64,000 nucleotides of DNA, taken from Haliotis rubra. Lineage: Eukaryota. The notes under the pieces were generated by a model, which worked only from the letters and a program-made list of their open reading frames with translations, was not told the origin of the DNA and ran no database searches. Shown one piece after another: positions 23,685 through 36,600 of this stretch. The first letter of the stretch is position 1. Each line of letters begins with the position of its first letter. The position numbers and the translations under genes are program-made. Where the stretch lies: NCBI RefSeq assembly GCF_003918875.1, contig NW_025765148.1, positions 124,001 to 188,000 on the forward strand, given 5' to 3'.

Positions 23685-23871
23685 AGTTGGTAAAGTTTGA
23701 AGAGCCAGAATCGTTTGATAAGGAAGTGTGGACGATGAGTGAGGATGAGAAACTGGCCACTGTCCCCAAGTTGAAAGAGGAAGGCAATGAGCTGTATGGC
23801 AAGAAGCTCTACAAGGAGGCTGCGGATGTGTATGCTAAGGCAATTGGAATACTGGAACAGCTCATTCTGAA
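23685..23871 (+). CDS. AIP: AIP exon 4
   Basis: WTMSEDEKLATVPKLKEEGNELY...AI (TPR1); donor AA|GTAAGT. Confidence 0.93.
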
Positions 23872-23985
23872 GTAAGTGTAGGTTTGCCTACGGTAATAGC
23901 AGTATAGGACAGCTAATTCTGAAGTAAGTGTAGGTTTGCCTACGGTAATAGCAGTATAGGACAGCTAATTCTGAAGTAAGTGTAG
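23857..23985. repeat. 52-bp tandem repeat spanning the AIP exon 4 donor
   Basis: CTGAAGTAAGTGTAG at 23867, 23919 and 23971. Confidence 0.9.
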
Positions 23986-24059
23986 AACCTAGCATTGTCG
24001 TCTAGTCAACTATTCTATTGATTCTTGAAATTTTCCACTTATTATATATTTGCACAACT

Positions 24060-25830
24060 ATCTGGGTGTGTGATATATGTGAAACTGTTTCTGGATGTAT
24101 GGGTAACTCTCTGTGTGAGTGTTCAACCAGCTGTATGTGCAACTGTCTCTGGATGTATGGGTAACTCTCTGGGTGAGTGTTCAACCAGCTGTATGTGCAA
24201 CTGTCTCTGGATGTATGGGTAACTCTGTGGGTGAGTGTTCAACCAGCTGTATGTGCAACTGTCTCTGGATGTATGGGTAACTCTCTGGGTGAGTGTTCAA
24301 CCAGCTGTATGTGCAACTGTCTCTGGATGTATGGGTAATGTAGTGTTGGGTAACTCTCTGTGGGTGAGTGTTCAACCAGCTGTATGTGCAACTGTCTCTG
24401 GATGTATGGGTAACTCTGTGGGTGAGTGTTCAACCAGCTGTATGTGCAACTGTCTCTGGATGTATGGGTAACTCTCTGGGTGAGTGTTCAGCCAGCTGTA
24501 TGTGAAACTGTCTCTGGATGTATGGGTAACTCTGTGGGTGAGTGTTCAACCAGCTGTATGTGAAACTGTCTCTGGATGTATGGGTAACTCTGTGGGTGAG
24601 TGTTCAACCAGCTGTATGTGCAACTGTCTCTGGATGTATGGGTAACTCTCTGGGTGAGTGTTCAACCAGCTGTATGTGAAACTGTCTCTGGATGTATGGG
24701 TAACTCTGTGGGTGAGTGTTCAACCAGCTGTATGTGAAACTGTCTCTGGATGTATGGGTAACTCTGTGGGTGAGTGTTCAACCAGCTGTATGTGAAACTG
24801 TCTCTGGATGTATGGGTAACTCTCTGTGTGAGTGTTCAACCAGCTGTATGTGCAACTGTCTCTGGATGTATGGGTAACTCTGTGGGTGAGTGTTCAGTGT
24901 TCAACCAGCTGTATGTGAAACTGTCTCTGGTATGTAACTCTCTGGGTGAGTGTTCAACCAGCTGTATGTGAAGAGAGTGTTCAGCCAGATGTATGTGTAA
25001 CTCTGTTGCTATGGTGAGTGTTCAACCAGCTGTATGTGCCCCTGTCTCTGGATGGATGGGTCAGCCAGCTGTATGTGAGTGTTCAACCAGCTGTATGTGG
25101 AACTGTCTCTGGATGTATGGGTAACTCTCTGGGTGAGTGTTCAACCAGCTGTATGTGCAACTGTCTCTGGATGGATGGTTCAACCAGCTGTAGTGTTCAA
25201 CCAGCTGTACTGTCTCTGGATGTATCTCTGGATGTATGGGTAACTCTCTGTGGGTGAGTGTTCAGCCAGCTGTATGTGCAACTGTCTCTGGATGTATGGG
25301 TAACTCTCTGGGAGAGTGTTCAACCAGCTGTATGTGAAAAACTGTCTCAACCAGCTGGATGTATGGGTAACTCTGTGGGTGAGTGTTCAACCAGCTGTAT
25401 GAGAAACTGTCTCCAGATGTATGTGCCCCTGTGTTGCTGGGAGAGTGTGTTCAGCCAGCTGTATGTGAAACTGTCTGCTGATGATGTATGGGTTAACTCT
25501 GTGGGTGAGTGTTCAACCAGCTGTATGATGTATGGGTAACTCTGTGGGTGAGTGTTGCCCTGGTGTATGTATGGGTAACTCTGTGGGTGAGTGTTCAACC
25601 AGCTGTATGTGCAACTGTCTCTGGATGTATGGGTAACTCTGTGGAGTGTTCAGCCAGCTGTATGTGCAACTGTCTCTGGATGTATGGGTAACTCTCTGGG
25701 TGAGTGTTCAACCAGCTGTATGTGCCCCTGTGTTGCTATGGAGAGAGTGTTCCACCAGCTGTATGTGCCCCTGTGTTGCTATGGAGAGAGTGTTCAACCA
25801 GCTGTATGTGCCACTGTGTTGCCAGGGAGA
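24060..25830. repeat. 58-bp minisatellite (grading into 43-bp units) in AIP intron 4
   Basis: Unit GGGTGAGTGTTCAACCAGCTGTATGTGCAACTGTCTCTGGATGTATGGGTAACTCTCT. Confidence 0.95.
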
Positions 25831-25968
25831 AGCCAGGTGAGGAGGAGTGGGAGGAGCTGGAGAAGATGAAGCTGCCGTTCCTACTGAACTTCTCCCAGTG
25901 TAAACTGCTGGAGCAGGACTACTACCCCGTCATAGAACACACCACCACTGTACTTAAGAGGGAGCCAG
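25826..25968 (+). CDS. AIP: AIP exon 5
   Basis: EKPGEEEWEELE...LLNFSQCKL...YYPVIEH (TPR2). Confidence 0.93.
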
Positions 25969-26394
25969 GTGAGTATGTCACACCACAACCACACTCCACA
26001 TGCTCTCAACCCATGAAGATCCAGGTTAGAATTGGTCTTTAGTATGCTTGTTGTAAGCGGCGACCAATGGGTTCAGGGGGTCAGGCTCATTGACTTGGTT
26101 GACATGTCATCATATCTGAGTTGTGTAGATCTATGCTCATGATGTTGATCACTGGATTGTCTGGTCCGGACTCGGTTAATTACAGACTACCACCATTTAG
26201 CTGTGATATTGCTTTGCATTAAACAACAAACTCATCATGCTGAGAGGAAGATTCAAAATCTGTTTTAGATAATGAATGAAATCTTGCCTGTTTTCTACTG
26301 ACTACAGATATATCACTTCTTGTTGGACTTGTTTGGTAAGAATCGCCATGTACATAGATTATTATTTTTATATGTTTTTATTGTTTTGTTACAG

Positions 26395-26606
26395 ACAATG
26401 TGAAGGCTTTGTTTCGGAGAGCTAAGGCCCATGTTGGTGCGTGGAATCCTGATGATGCTCGTAATGACTTTAACCGTGTCCTACAATTAGATCCATCTCT
26501 GTCTAACGCAGTGAAGAAGGAGCTGATAATGTTAGACGATATGATCAAAAAGAAGGCTGAGCAAGACAAGCAGTCCCTCAAGGGAATGTTTGATCAACAC
26601 GGGTAA
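26395..26606 (+). CDS. AIP: AIP terminal exon
   Basis: NVKALFRRAKAHVGAWNPDDARNDF...LDPSL...KGMFDQHG* (TPR3). Confidence 0.95.
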
Positions 26607-27523
26607 CATGACTCAGAAATTTGATCAACATATCCCAGCCCAAATGGTTGATCAACATGGCTAGCAAAGCTCAGAGACATTGATAGAGAGGATGATTTGT
26701 TGTGGATCTGTTCACTAATGTTTAAGTTCTTTGACAGTTCTTGTGTTGAAGTCATATCAGTATTTCAGTTTGTATACACTACGTTCCTCCATCACCTGTA
26801 ATTATATATGACCCGTTTGTGCTATAGTCGGTATTTTTAGTTTATTGTCTATCTTCACTTGACTAAACATTTCATTTTACCTGTGATTGGGGAATATAGT
26901 GTAAACAAACATATTGATGATATGTGGAAGTCAAGGAAATACATTTATGTCTTCAAATCTCTTGGGTTCCCTATCATTATGAACATGGTGGGCGATCAAT
27001 GCATGGCAAGGGCAGGTAACCCAACCAAAACATCTGAAATGTCTATTTTATTGACTTGCTGCACGATTGCTCAGTATGAAAAGCTAAATATATTTTTTGT
27101 GTTATGAATACCTGGACTTGTTTAACAAGTTGATGACTGATCAGGATTGTCTGTTGGTTGAAATGATCCATGATGTTTTGTTGGTTAAAATGCTCAGTGG
27201 TACATGTGTCTGTTTGTTGAAATGCTTTGTGATATGGTTTGGCGTCAGCTTGATTTGGGTCACAGTCAGATTATCTGATGTTTTGGGACATGATGCTTTC
27301 AAAAGCACAATCTACATTTTCAGTCAGAAATGAAATTTTAAAATTAAATAGTTATAAAATGTATCCCAATGCCAAAGTTTTCACGGATTTTGGAAGAGTT
27401 GAACTGTAAACTGCAATTATGCCAGCATGCATTCAGTTAGGTACTGACTTGAATATTTTCTGCATTTATGGAGGTATAGCCTAGCAGAGTTACAGTGTGA
27501 ACATTGTTTTTAATGGTTTTAAC

Positions 27524-27922
27524 TAGGGGTGTCACGATACACCAATTTCACGATACGATACGTATCACGATTTTAAGGTCACGATACGATGCGTATCGCG
27601 ATACATAATTTTCGCGCCTTTTCATAGCATTACCTTACCGGCAACGTACGCGCTTGCTGATTGGTCCATCAAAATAGTCTAGCCAATCACAAAAGCTGTT
27701 AGTTTCCAACCTATTTTTTAAGTAAAGCTAGCTACATCTATTTATCGGAGCGATCTCGTATAATTTTACTATCAAGACTTTGAAGGAGATGGATATAGCA
27801 TAAAAAATTGAATCGATAAAGTTTTAAAATAGGAATCGATACGCGCAAGCATGTATCGCGTATCGTATCGTCAGTAAAAATGTATCGATGCATCGATACA
27901 TTCACGTATCGCGACACCCCTA
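27524..27922. mobile_element. hAT MITE downstream of the AIP stop codon
   Basis: TIR TAGGGGTGTC(A/G)CGATAC, 8-bp TSD GTTTTAAC, subterminal CGATAC repeats. Confidence 0.9.
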
Positions 27923-28148
27923 GTTTTAACTCCATTTATGGTTAATGGTCTAATTGGTTATTATTTATAAACAGCAAAAAACATTGATTGGTTAGCTGGA
28001 CTTTAGCACTGCAATTTATGTATTGTTGAAATTACATGCTTCCATATATTGTGTGGATGGTTTCAGTGTCTTGTGTCATCTAGCTAAATGACACATACTC
28101 TGTGTTCTGTGTTGGACACATACTTTGTTCTCTGTTAGATACTTACTG

Positions 28149-28314
28149 GGGTGGGGGTGTTTAGCCTAGTGGTTAAAGCGTTGGCTCGTCATGCCGAAGA
28201 CCCGGGTTCGAATCCCCACATGGGCACATTGTGTGAAGCCCATTTCTGGTGTCCCCCGCCGTGATATTGCTGGAATATTGTTAAAAGCGGCGTAAAACCA
28301 TACTCACTCACTCA
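28149..28314 (+). mobile_element. tRNA-derived SINE family A, intact copy
   Basis: TAGCCTAGTGG / GGTTCGAATCC boxes, (CACT)n tail, TSD ACTTACTG; other copies near 1877-2030(+), 6895-7025(-), 47800-47910(-). Confidence 0.88.
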
Positions 28315-31300
28315 CTTACTGTGGGGAATCAGGGTTACAACTGTCTCCAGCAGCCTGTGCTAGTCAACATACCCAGTCAGTGTGGATCATCAATCACTGA
28401 TTTGTCTGGTCCAGACTGTTAGACACCGAGTGTGTTCTGTGTTAGATACCTACTATGGGGAATCTGGTTGTTACATTAGTGTAAAGCTGTGAAAATCTAG
28501 ATCATATATATTATAACTGTCAGTATGACTCTTTAGATAAATTAGAATACTTTTGATTGGTTAATAGCCAATGCATTATGGGTAGTATGACTCCATCTTA
28601 AACTGTTCCAATGGGAGCATGGACAACCATGACAGTTTGTGACCTTTAACATTGAAATCCACTTCACTTGGAGAATTCAACAATTATCATCATGAACATT
28701 TCTTTTCACTAAGATTTTCAATCAAAATTCTATGAAGTGGCAGTAGGCAGACCTGAAGATGTATTATTTGAAATAAGTCCCTTAAAATACAGCTTTTGAG
28801 TCTACAAGAGTTATGTCCCTTTGAATATCAATCAATAATTTTCGTGTGCGACAACAGTCATGGAGAAAAGCTTTGAGTCCATTGCTTTGTATTGAAGCAT
28901 TACACTTAAATGCAAGCACAATTGCATCTTACTGAAACACATTATCTAAACAAAACTTTGTTAGGAACGCATCAATCAAGTATTTTCAATGTTGTATGAA
29001 TGTATAGCAATTTTATGTTGTATTAGCAATACTACTGTATTTGGGAAAGTTTTGTTCAGGTGTGTTTTCAACTGTGAAAACAAAATGTCTGCCCGACATA
29101 AGCCAGGAATAGAAAGCAGTGTGTTAGATGACTGATACTGCTCTACAAACAGTATTGGTGTTATTTGTAATAAACTTTAGCAGGAATGGAATCTTATAGG
29201 AGTTGAACAGTGTCCTGCTTTATCAAGGTGCTTGTGACAACAGGGTTTTAATCCTTCATCCTGTGTGGGGCATAGTGTCCAGAGTATTTGAAGGCTCCTC
29301 AGTTCGCTCTGCAGAGTTGTCTCCCTTAGGTCTTCCAGAAACCTGCACTTGTTGGTTCGAATCGTAAATGTTTCTAGGTTTCCCACCTGGCCTGTAGGTT
29401 TCACCAAAGTGAAAACTGCAAGACACCTCTCAGATCAAGCTAATGCCTGTACAAGGTGAGAGTATCAATGTAAACATGTACAAGCCACCTTTTTCAGGCT
29501 ATCGGACTTACAAAACATATTTTCATCTGTTTTGTTATTTAACTATTGTACAGCATTGTTGTTGTTCTTCAGCATGACATTTGTATTGTATTAATGTTAA
29601 AAAATGTATAAATAGTTAATTCTCATGTGTTGTGTTATTTTCGAAACTCAAAATTAAAAATTTAAAACAATTAAAGCTTATGCAGGTTTGTTGTCATTCT
29701 TAGCAGAAAGATGACAGTGTGGAGATTGAGATCATAAAACATTTGGTATGCAGCTAGTGCTACTAGGAAGTCAAGTATGGGTGTGCTTGTCCCTGCAAGA
29801 TATTTTGACATTACCCCATTCCACCTGTAAGGTCATTAAAAGAGGTACAATAACATACAGGCTGTCACGAAAATTACTTTCATGTGAAACTGGTCGTCTA
29901 CGTATTAATATATCAAGTCACTTCACAACAAACAAAGACAACAGGTGCTTGTTTTCTGGCATTTTTATTGTTCCATGTCTTATAAGATATTTACAGTATG
30001 TTACTAGCAGCATCAGACACCTGGTCTGCCTGGAGGGCCGTGTGTACACAGATCTAGAACCAGTTGTGCTGCATCAACCTGACAACACCTGCTACTACTA
30101 AGTCAGCGCAGTTTCCGATGTCTGAATTCTTCTGCCCTCGTTTCCAAACACACCTTGCCAACCATGCAGCTGTTTTGTCCCAGTACCACCAGTAGATTGG
30201 ACATCAAACACCTTTTTTGGATAAAATTACAAATGATCTTTGCTGCACCTTACCAAGAAGATCTACTTGACCGAAGTCTATTTTCATGTCATAGTAGTCA
30301 TGAAAATGTTGACCAAAATGTCATGGCATCTGCTTTCACAATAAACCACAGCTTCGGTACAGGTCAGTACACTAATCAAAGATTATGTTCATCACACTTT
30401 AGAATCCTGATTGGACAACAACTACTCATTGTTACCAGCAAGCTGTTATGTCACAGCCGACTTTCACACATTCCAACAATTTTTAGGCAAGTTCTACTTG
30501 ATCTGGAACAACACAACTGATTTATTATCTTGCACGATGCAAAGATACTGGTCCACAAACAGCACAGTTACTGTCTAAACAAAATAGTTTCATTGATTCA
30601 ACTGCATAACAAATCCGTCTTTGTTGCTCTCCGTCAATGTATGTCTATCTTAGAAGTTTCACACCGAACACAGCAACATTGTACCTAAGTGACAGCAGTC
30701 TATAAACTATTGAGTCTGGACCAGACAAACCAGTGATTGATATTGTGGGCAACAATGCACAACATAGATACCGGCCTGCGAGAGAACAGTAATTATCTTT
30801 TCAAATTAGTTTAACATTGAAGGAGAGTCTGAAGTCCTACAGAGACTAAACAAATTGGTTCGGCCACCTCCAGGTTCATAATCAGTACGATGATGTTCCA
30901 GAAACTGATGTCACTGCAGTAGTACATGACGTTACAGTAGTTCACAGTTACAAAATCTAAGCCCTGTACATAACAAGCTTGTATAGTTTAAGCACAATCA
31001 TTAAATTCTATGATATAGTCTATACAAACAATACAGGTGCCTATCAACAACGTGCCATGGAAGAAAACTACTCTGTAGGAAAATAGTACACTTTGACATC
31101 CTAGCACTGGGAGCTCCACACAACACTGCTGACACGATATATCTAGACAATTGGCAGTCGTCACAGACATAAGGCGTTTAACATGGTTATGTTGTTACAC
31201 GTAGTGAAAGTACAACACATTTAAGGAATTCAATGTTCCTGACAATGGAATCATATCTCCCCCTCCAAGCCTGTATCATGGAAAAAAGGCTTGCGTTGAA

Positions 31301-31982
31301 ACAACCTCTTGGTCTTGTCATTGTTAACCCTGATTACTGTCAATACCAGAGACAAATACCAGTACAAATATTGACAAATGTATCAATACTTTGACTCCCT
31401 AGTCACTTACAATGAGAGAAGCCAAATACACTGACACATGAATCATGGATATCAATGCAGAAAAAAGGCCCTGACTCAAGAGGATGATACTTCACGAGGA
31501 TGTACGTTAAATATCCCTGATGAAGTGTCCACAGATGCCAGGATGGACAACCAACATCCCATAAAGTGACAATCTGTCAAGAAAAATCACCACAAAAACA
31601 ATCTTTGACTATTAACTCGGGGCACGGATTGATAGCTCAAAGTGTCTGCCTCAAGCGTTGACCTGGTTTCAAATTTAATTCAGTATTTGCTGCTCTCATT
31701 TTCTTTGAGACAATGTGGTATGCCACATGGAAATAGAACAGTTCGATAATATGTACTTAAAAGCATGATTAGTGAGATTAACCAGACCACTGTTTGGATT
31801 ACACAGGTTCCACTTTATGAGGTGCAGCTGTTTCCTCCATCGGCGCCTGTGAACACATCTGTGCCAGCTACTCTACATGATTCTGACACAAGTACAACAT
31901 ACAGATATAGTTGACCATACTTGATACACTAGATGTGCTTCACTAATACTGCTAGACATGGCTGGACTAGCTCAGCATAATC

Positions 31983-32600
31983 TAGGGATTGGGTCTACTC
32001 CGCACACACCACTGATGGGATCAGCTGGGATTGGGTCTACTCCGCACATCAGGATTGGGTCTACTCCGCACACACCACTGATGGGATCAGCTGGGATTGG
32101 GTCTACTCCGCACACACCACTGATGGGATCAGCTGGGATTGGGTCTACTCCGCACACACCACTGATGGGATCAGCTGGGATTGGGTCTACTCCGCGCACA
32201 CACCACTGATGGGATCAGCTGGGATTGGGTCTACTCCGCACACACCACTGATGGGAACAGCTGGGATTGGGGAACCACTGATGAGGGTTTACTCGCCTTT
32301 TACACCACTTGGGGCTGGGATTGGGTCTACTCAGCGCACACACCACTGATGGGAACAGCTGGGATTGGGACTCCGCGCACACACCACTGATGGGATCAGC
32401 TGGGATTGGGTTTACTCCGCGCACACACCACTGATGGGAACAGCTGGGATTGGGTCTACTCCGCACAAACCACTGATGGGATCAGCGGGGATTGGGTTTA
32501 CTCCGCGCACACACCACTGATGGGAACAGCTGGGATTGGGTCTACTCCGCACAAACCACTGATGGGATCAGCGGGGATTGGGTCTACTCCGCACAAAGCA
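31983..32600. repeat. About 42-bp minisatellite
   Basis: Unit GGGATTGGGTCTACTCCGCACACACCACTGATGGGATCAGCT. Confidence 0.92.
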
Positions 32601-33054
32601 TGGACCTGAACAGGTGGGATTGAGCTTGGTACAAACAAACCATTGATTAGATCAGATTAAATTGTGCCTGGTCCACACGAACCTCTGATGTGATTCTTCG
32701 GGATTGGGATTAGCACCCATGAAGCATTATCAGCCGAGATTGGATGATTTACAAGTTCACTCATACAAGTTCTACCCATAGATCAAAGATCTATTTACCA
32801 GGAAATACGTGAAAAATACATTGATGCCTTCATAATTGGCAGCCCAAGAAACAGGAAATTGTTTTCGTGGTTGAAAGAATGTATTTTTTCCATTGGTAAA
32901 CAAGACTCAAGGCGAAGTCTTCAACGTCATGTTACAAATCCATCTACAGCAGACAGACAATACACACATGGTGCCAACAAAATATCTGATAAAATATTTA
33001 CACCATTTTTTACAAGTTATGATTATCACAAAGACCACAGAAGCACTGTGAGAA

Positions 33055-33170
33055 CCAGGACCTAGATTTTCGAAGCTCTCTTTGCGCTAAGATGGTCGTA
33101 AAGTGCCATACATTAACATTAACTTACGACTATCTTAGCGCTAAGAGAGCTTCGAAAATCCAGGCCCTGG
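33055..33170. mobile_element. Short foldback MITE (near-perfect hairpin)
   Basis: About 47-bp arms ..GATTTTCGAAGCTCTC..GCGCTAAGAT.GTCGTAA; a degenerate element of similar build lies at 17184-17296. Confidence 0.7.
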
Positions 33171-33496
33171 CCTACAAATATAGATATGATGACATATTAA
33201 ACACCACGCTGTTGCTGCTTCCTGTTACACAGAACGTGACTGTAACCACTTGTAACGAAATAAACATATCACACTCGAGATGTAACATAAATCCATCACA
33301 TTGAAAATTGCTCAGCTTGTCACAAAATGTCAATAACATGATACAAGCTTGCTGAAACTTGGCAATGGCACATTCTCTGCAAACATCTGTAGACTGAAAC
33401 TGCTGTTGAAGAACAACAATATTGCAACATGAAGCATTCGTATTTTCACTCTGTCATGCATGATATCAGCACAACTTTATTACTCACTAACACAAT

Positions 33497-33600
33497 AAGT
33501 CAGGGGTCATGAATATTTTATGATTATTTTTCTATGATTTTTTTTTGTGTGATCAGTCTTCACGACCAAAAATACCCAAAAATATTCATGATCCCTAATT
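33497..33600. mobile_element. Small MITE remnant
   Basis: AGGGGTCATGAATATTTT ... AAAATATTCATGATCCCT. Confidence 0.5.
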
Positions 33601-36600
33601 TCTTTTGTACAATATATACTACTCAGTATGAGTTAAAGAACACCCAAATTGTTCATATACCTAATGGCCACAACAGATTAACTATAGTGAGATGAAATAA
33701 TCATGGGATTACTTTAGGTCATATGAAAAGTTTGGATGTTGTTGAACTTATTTTGAACAGTATACATTATTCCACTCCAAATCTACAAATCTCCAGAAAG
33801 GACCAAATCATGAAGAATATTTTCTAATCATGAAGTCTGTAAAAAATGTTGAGACTTTTATGGAACATAAACCCTATAGACCAGTGTATGGGGAAACATG
33901 CAATGAGAGAATACTGTTACACACCACTGTCAATATCACGGCTACATGACTGTAGCAACAATATGATGAAACTAACCTCACTGATGATTAATTCAAACAT
34001 TACCCTTGTTAGCTGAATAACGATGTAGAGTAAGACTCAGTCTAACACTGATTGCCTGATCAAGGAGAGACAGGAATTGGAATTGATATTAATAACAAGT
34101 TGACGGGGAAGCATCACTTCCTGACTCCGCCACTCACGCAACACAATAAAATAATACACTGGATGCAATCATTCCTAAAGTGTCAACACACCACCATGTC
34201 TGCAGAACAAAAGAATGAAGTCTATATTGCATAGAAACAAAGCTTGCATTACTAACAGGCAATAACCAGTTGAAACTGGGTGAAATACTGGATGCAACCA
34301 GTGTAAACCAGATGTATGGGTGTTAGCTGGACTCACTATGAAGGAAGCGTATAAAGAAATGAATATAATTAAAAAATATTCATAAAATTATTTATTTTTT
34401 TCTCTCAAATATTTCAGTATTATTTCAGGATTCAAACAGGTGAACTTTAAATTAAGCCAGTTGTACATATATTTGCTTAACAAGACTTACACGTTTAAAT
34501 GACTGTCATATATGTACAGTTGTACTGCCAACCATATATATTTTAGTTGCTGCAACACTCACATTCCTTTGTCAGGCCAGCCATTAGGTCACCCTTGTTT
34601 GTATCTATGTACATTATGAGAGCTGGACAGAAATAATCAACACACAGTTAATATCATCCTCGTTAATCCAGGGATATTTATCTCTAGTAAGTATAACAAA
34701 TACCCTGAACATATTCTTCACCATTATTGTGATTTGAGTCTTGCACAAAATATGCTGATTCATCAATATTCCAGCTATATGGCGGCAGGCTGTAATTTTT
34801 TTTATCTGGACCAGACAATCAAGTGATCAACATCATGAGCATTGATTTACGCAACTTGGATAGGATGACATTTGTCAACCAAGGCAGTGAGCCTCACCAC
34901 CTGATGCTGTTAGTCCCCTCTTACACTAAACACTGCCATCAGTAACATACCACAAGGGCGAGGAAATCTTTGCGAAGTTACTGATAAGAGTGACGAAGAA
35001 GCTACTTCTGGAACACAGCCATGGAAGCTAATAGTCCTGGGTAAGCATCACAATACAACAGAAACACAATTCCCTAGACTAAAGAGGATGAGTCAATGTC
35101 AAACAATTACACACATGAAAATATCATTAAGAAATCATATCAAATATTAGTAACATACTCTTTTCGAGACAGCACTTAATCATTTTATATTTTTCACATG
35201 AATAAAACACAAATATTTTCATTATTATCAGCAGTTTCATTTGAATGACTGTTGTTACTTTTTTTAGAATTACTTGACCTTAAGTGAATATATATAAATC
35301 AGACAAATTGGAAGAAAACACTTTGGCAAGAACATGATTATCTACACTGTGTTAACTACAACAAAATGCAATGACGAGTGATTGACAATCTAATCAAAAC
35401 CAGATCTTGTACTCAGAAAGGATATCCTGCTATGAGAAAGTCTGACAATCTTTCAAAGGAAGTAGGTGAGGTGAACTTTCTAATCAGCCAAACTGTATCT
35501 GGTACCTGGGTAAATGTGAGCAGAGCATTCAGTCAAGTAAATCTGATTTCTGTTTCTTGAAATTGAACTGAATCAGCCAGTTCTCAAAGTAAATAATAAT
35601 GGCTTCACCATCATATTGTACTAAACATTTTAGGCATCTTGTCATTTCTGAGAAGTATGACATCTACACCAAGGAAATACTATCAAAGGAATATCTGAGT
35701 TTCGGTGTGTTTAACTTTGATACTGAAAGTTCCGATTTCCAGATTGTAAAGATATAAGACAAATCATCTTAGAAAACTGACATCTGTATTGCTCAACAAT
35801 CCAGTCATCCTATATTTAGAATTGGCAGAATGCTCCGGGTCAACAGTCTTCTTGTGAGTTATCAGGTCATCATGGGGACAATATCAAATCGGAGTAAAAG
35901 GTCTGATTTTAAAAATCTTAAATCGACTAAATGATTGATTGCTTCGAAAACAAAGTAAACAGTCAAAAGATGAGTAAGCATTACTGAAACCACACTGAAC
36001 TGATAGCAAACATAGGTCATCATGTCTCTAAAACATGTCCAACATTTAAAGGGAGAACTGTGAAATCAGGCATGAAACAGCAGGATGTGTGACAGGGGGG
36101 TGAAATCATAGTCTCAGTTTTGCAGTTCTAAATCTTACAAGGTTTTGACAATGGCAACAATCAGGGGATCATAAACTTTTGGGTATGATTTTTGTACACT
36201 CTTGGATGACAGAAAGTGTGTGAGTTCGGTCAAACACTGTTTTGGACAATCTATCCTTGGACAGTCTATCTGTTATATGAAGCCATGTCAGCTAGGCAAG
36301 AGAGAAAAATCTGAACGGATGCAGGTGAAAATTAACACTCTGGTGAAACCTTGCAGCATTGGTATAGTGCTGAGAAACCTCGAAACACAAGCTCATGGGA
36401 TCTGAACCCACATCTCAAGTTTCTGGTATGCCTAAGGGAAGCAACTCTGCACAGAGAATTGAGGCACCTAGACAATTGGCAAGTCTGATGTACACATCCC
36501 ATTCCCCACTCACTGTGGAGGTATGTTTTTGGCTGTCCCTTCAACTGATAAGCTGGGGATTATACAGAGAGATATTCAGGGAAATACATGGCACAAGGAA

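Noticed and set aside
24002-25869. Many short Cys/Val-rich ORFs
   Set aside because: Translations of the 58-bp tandem repeat
28149-28230. tRNA genes at the SINE heads (also 16780, 41130, 48470, 42750)
   Set aside because: A/B boxes are present, but no complete cloverleaf could be seen and each runs into a repeated body
31958-32609. Gly/Thr/Pro repeat ORFs
   Set aside because: A 42-bp VNTR with frameshifts and no splice context
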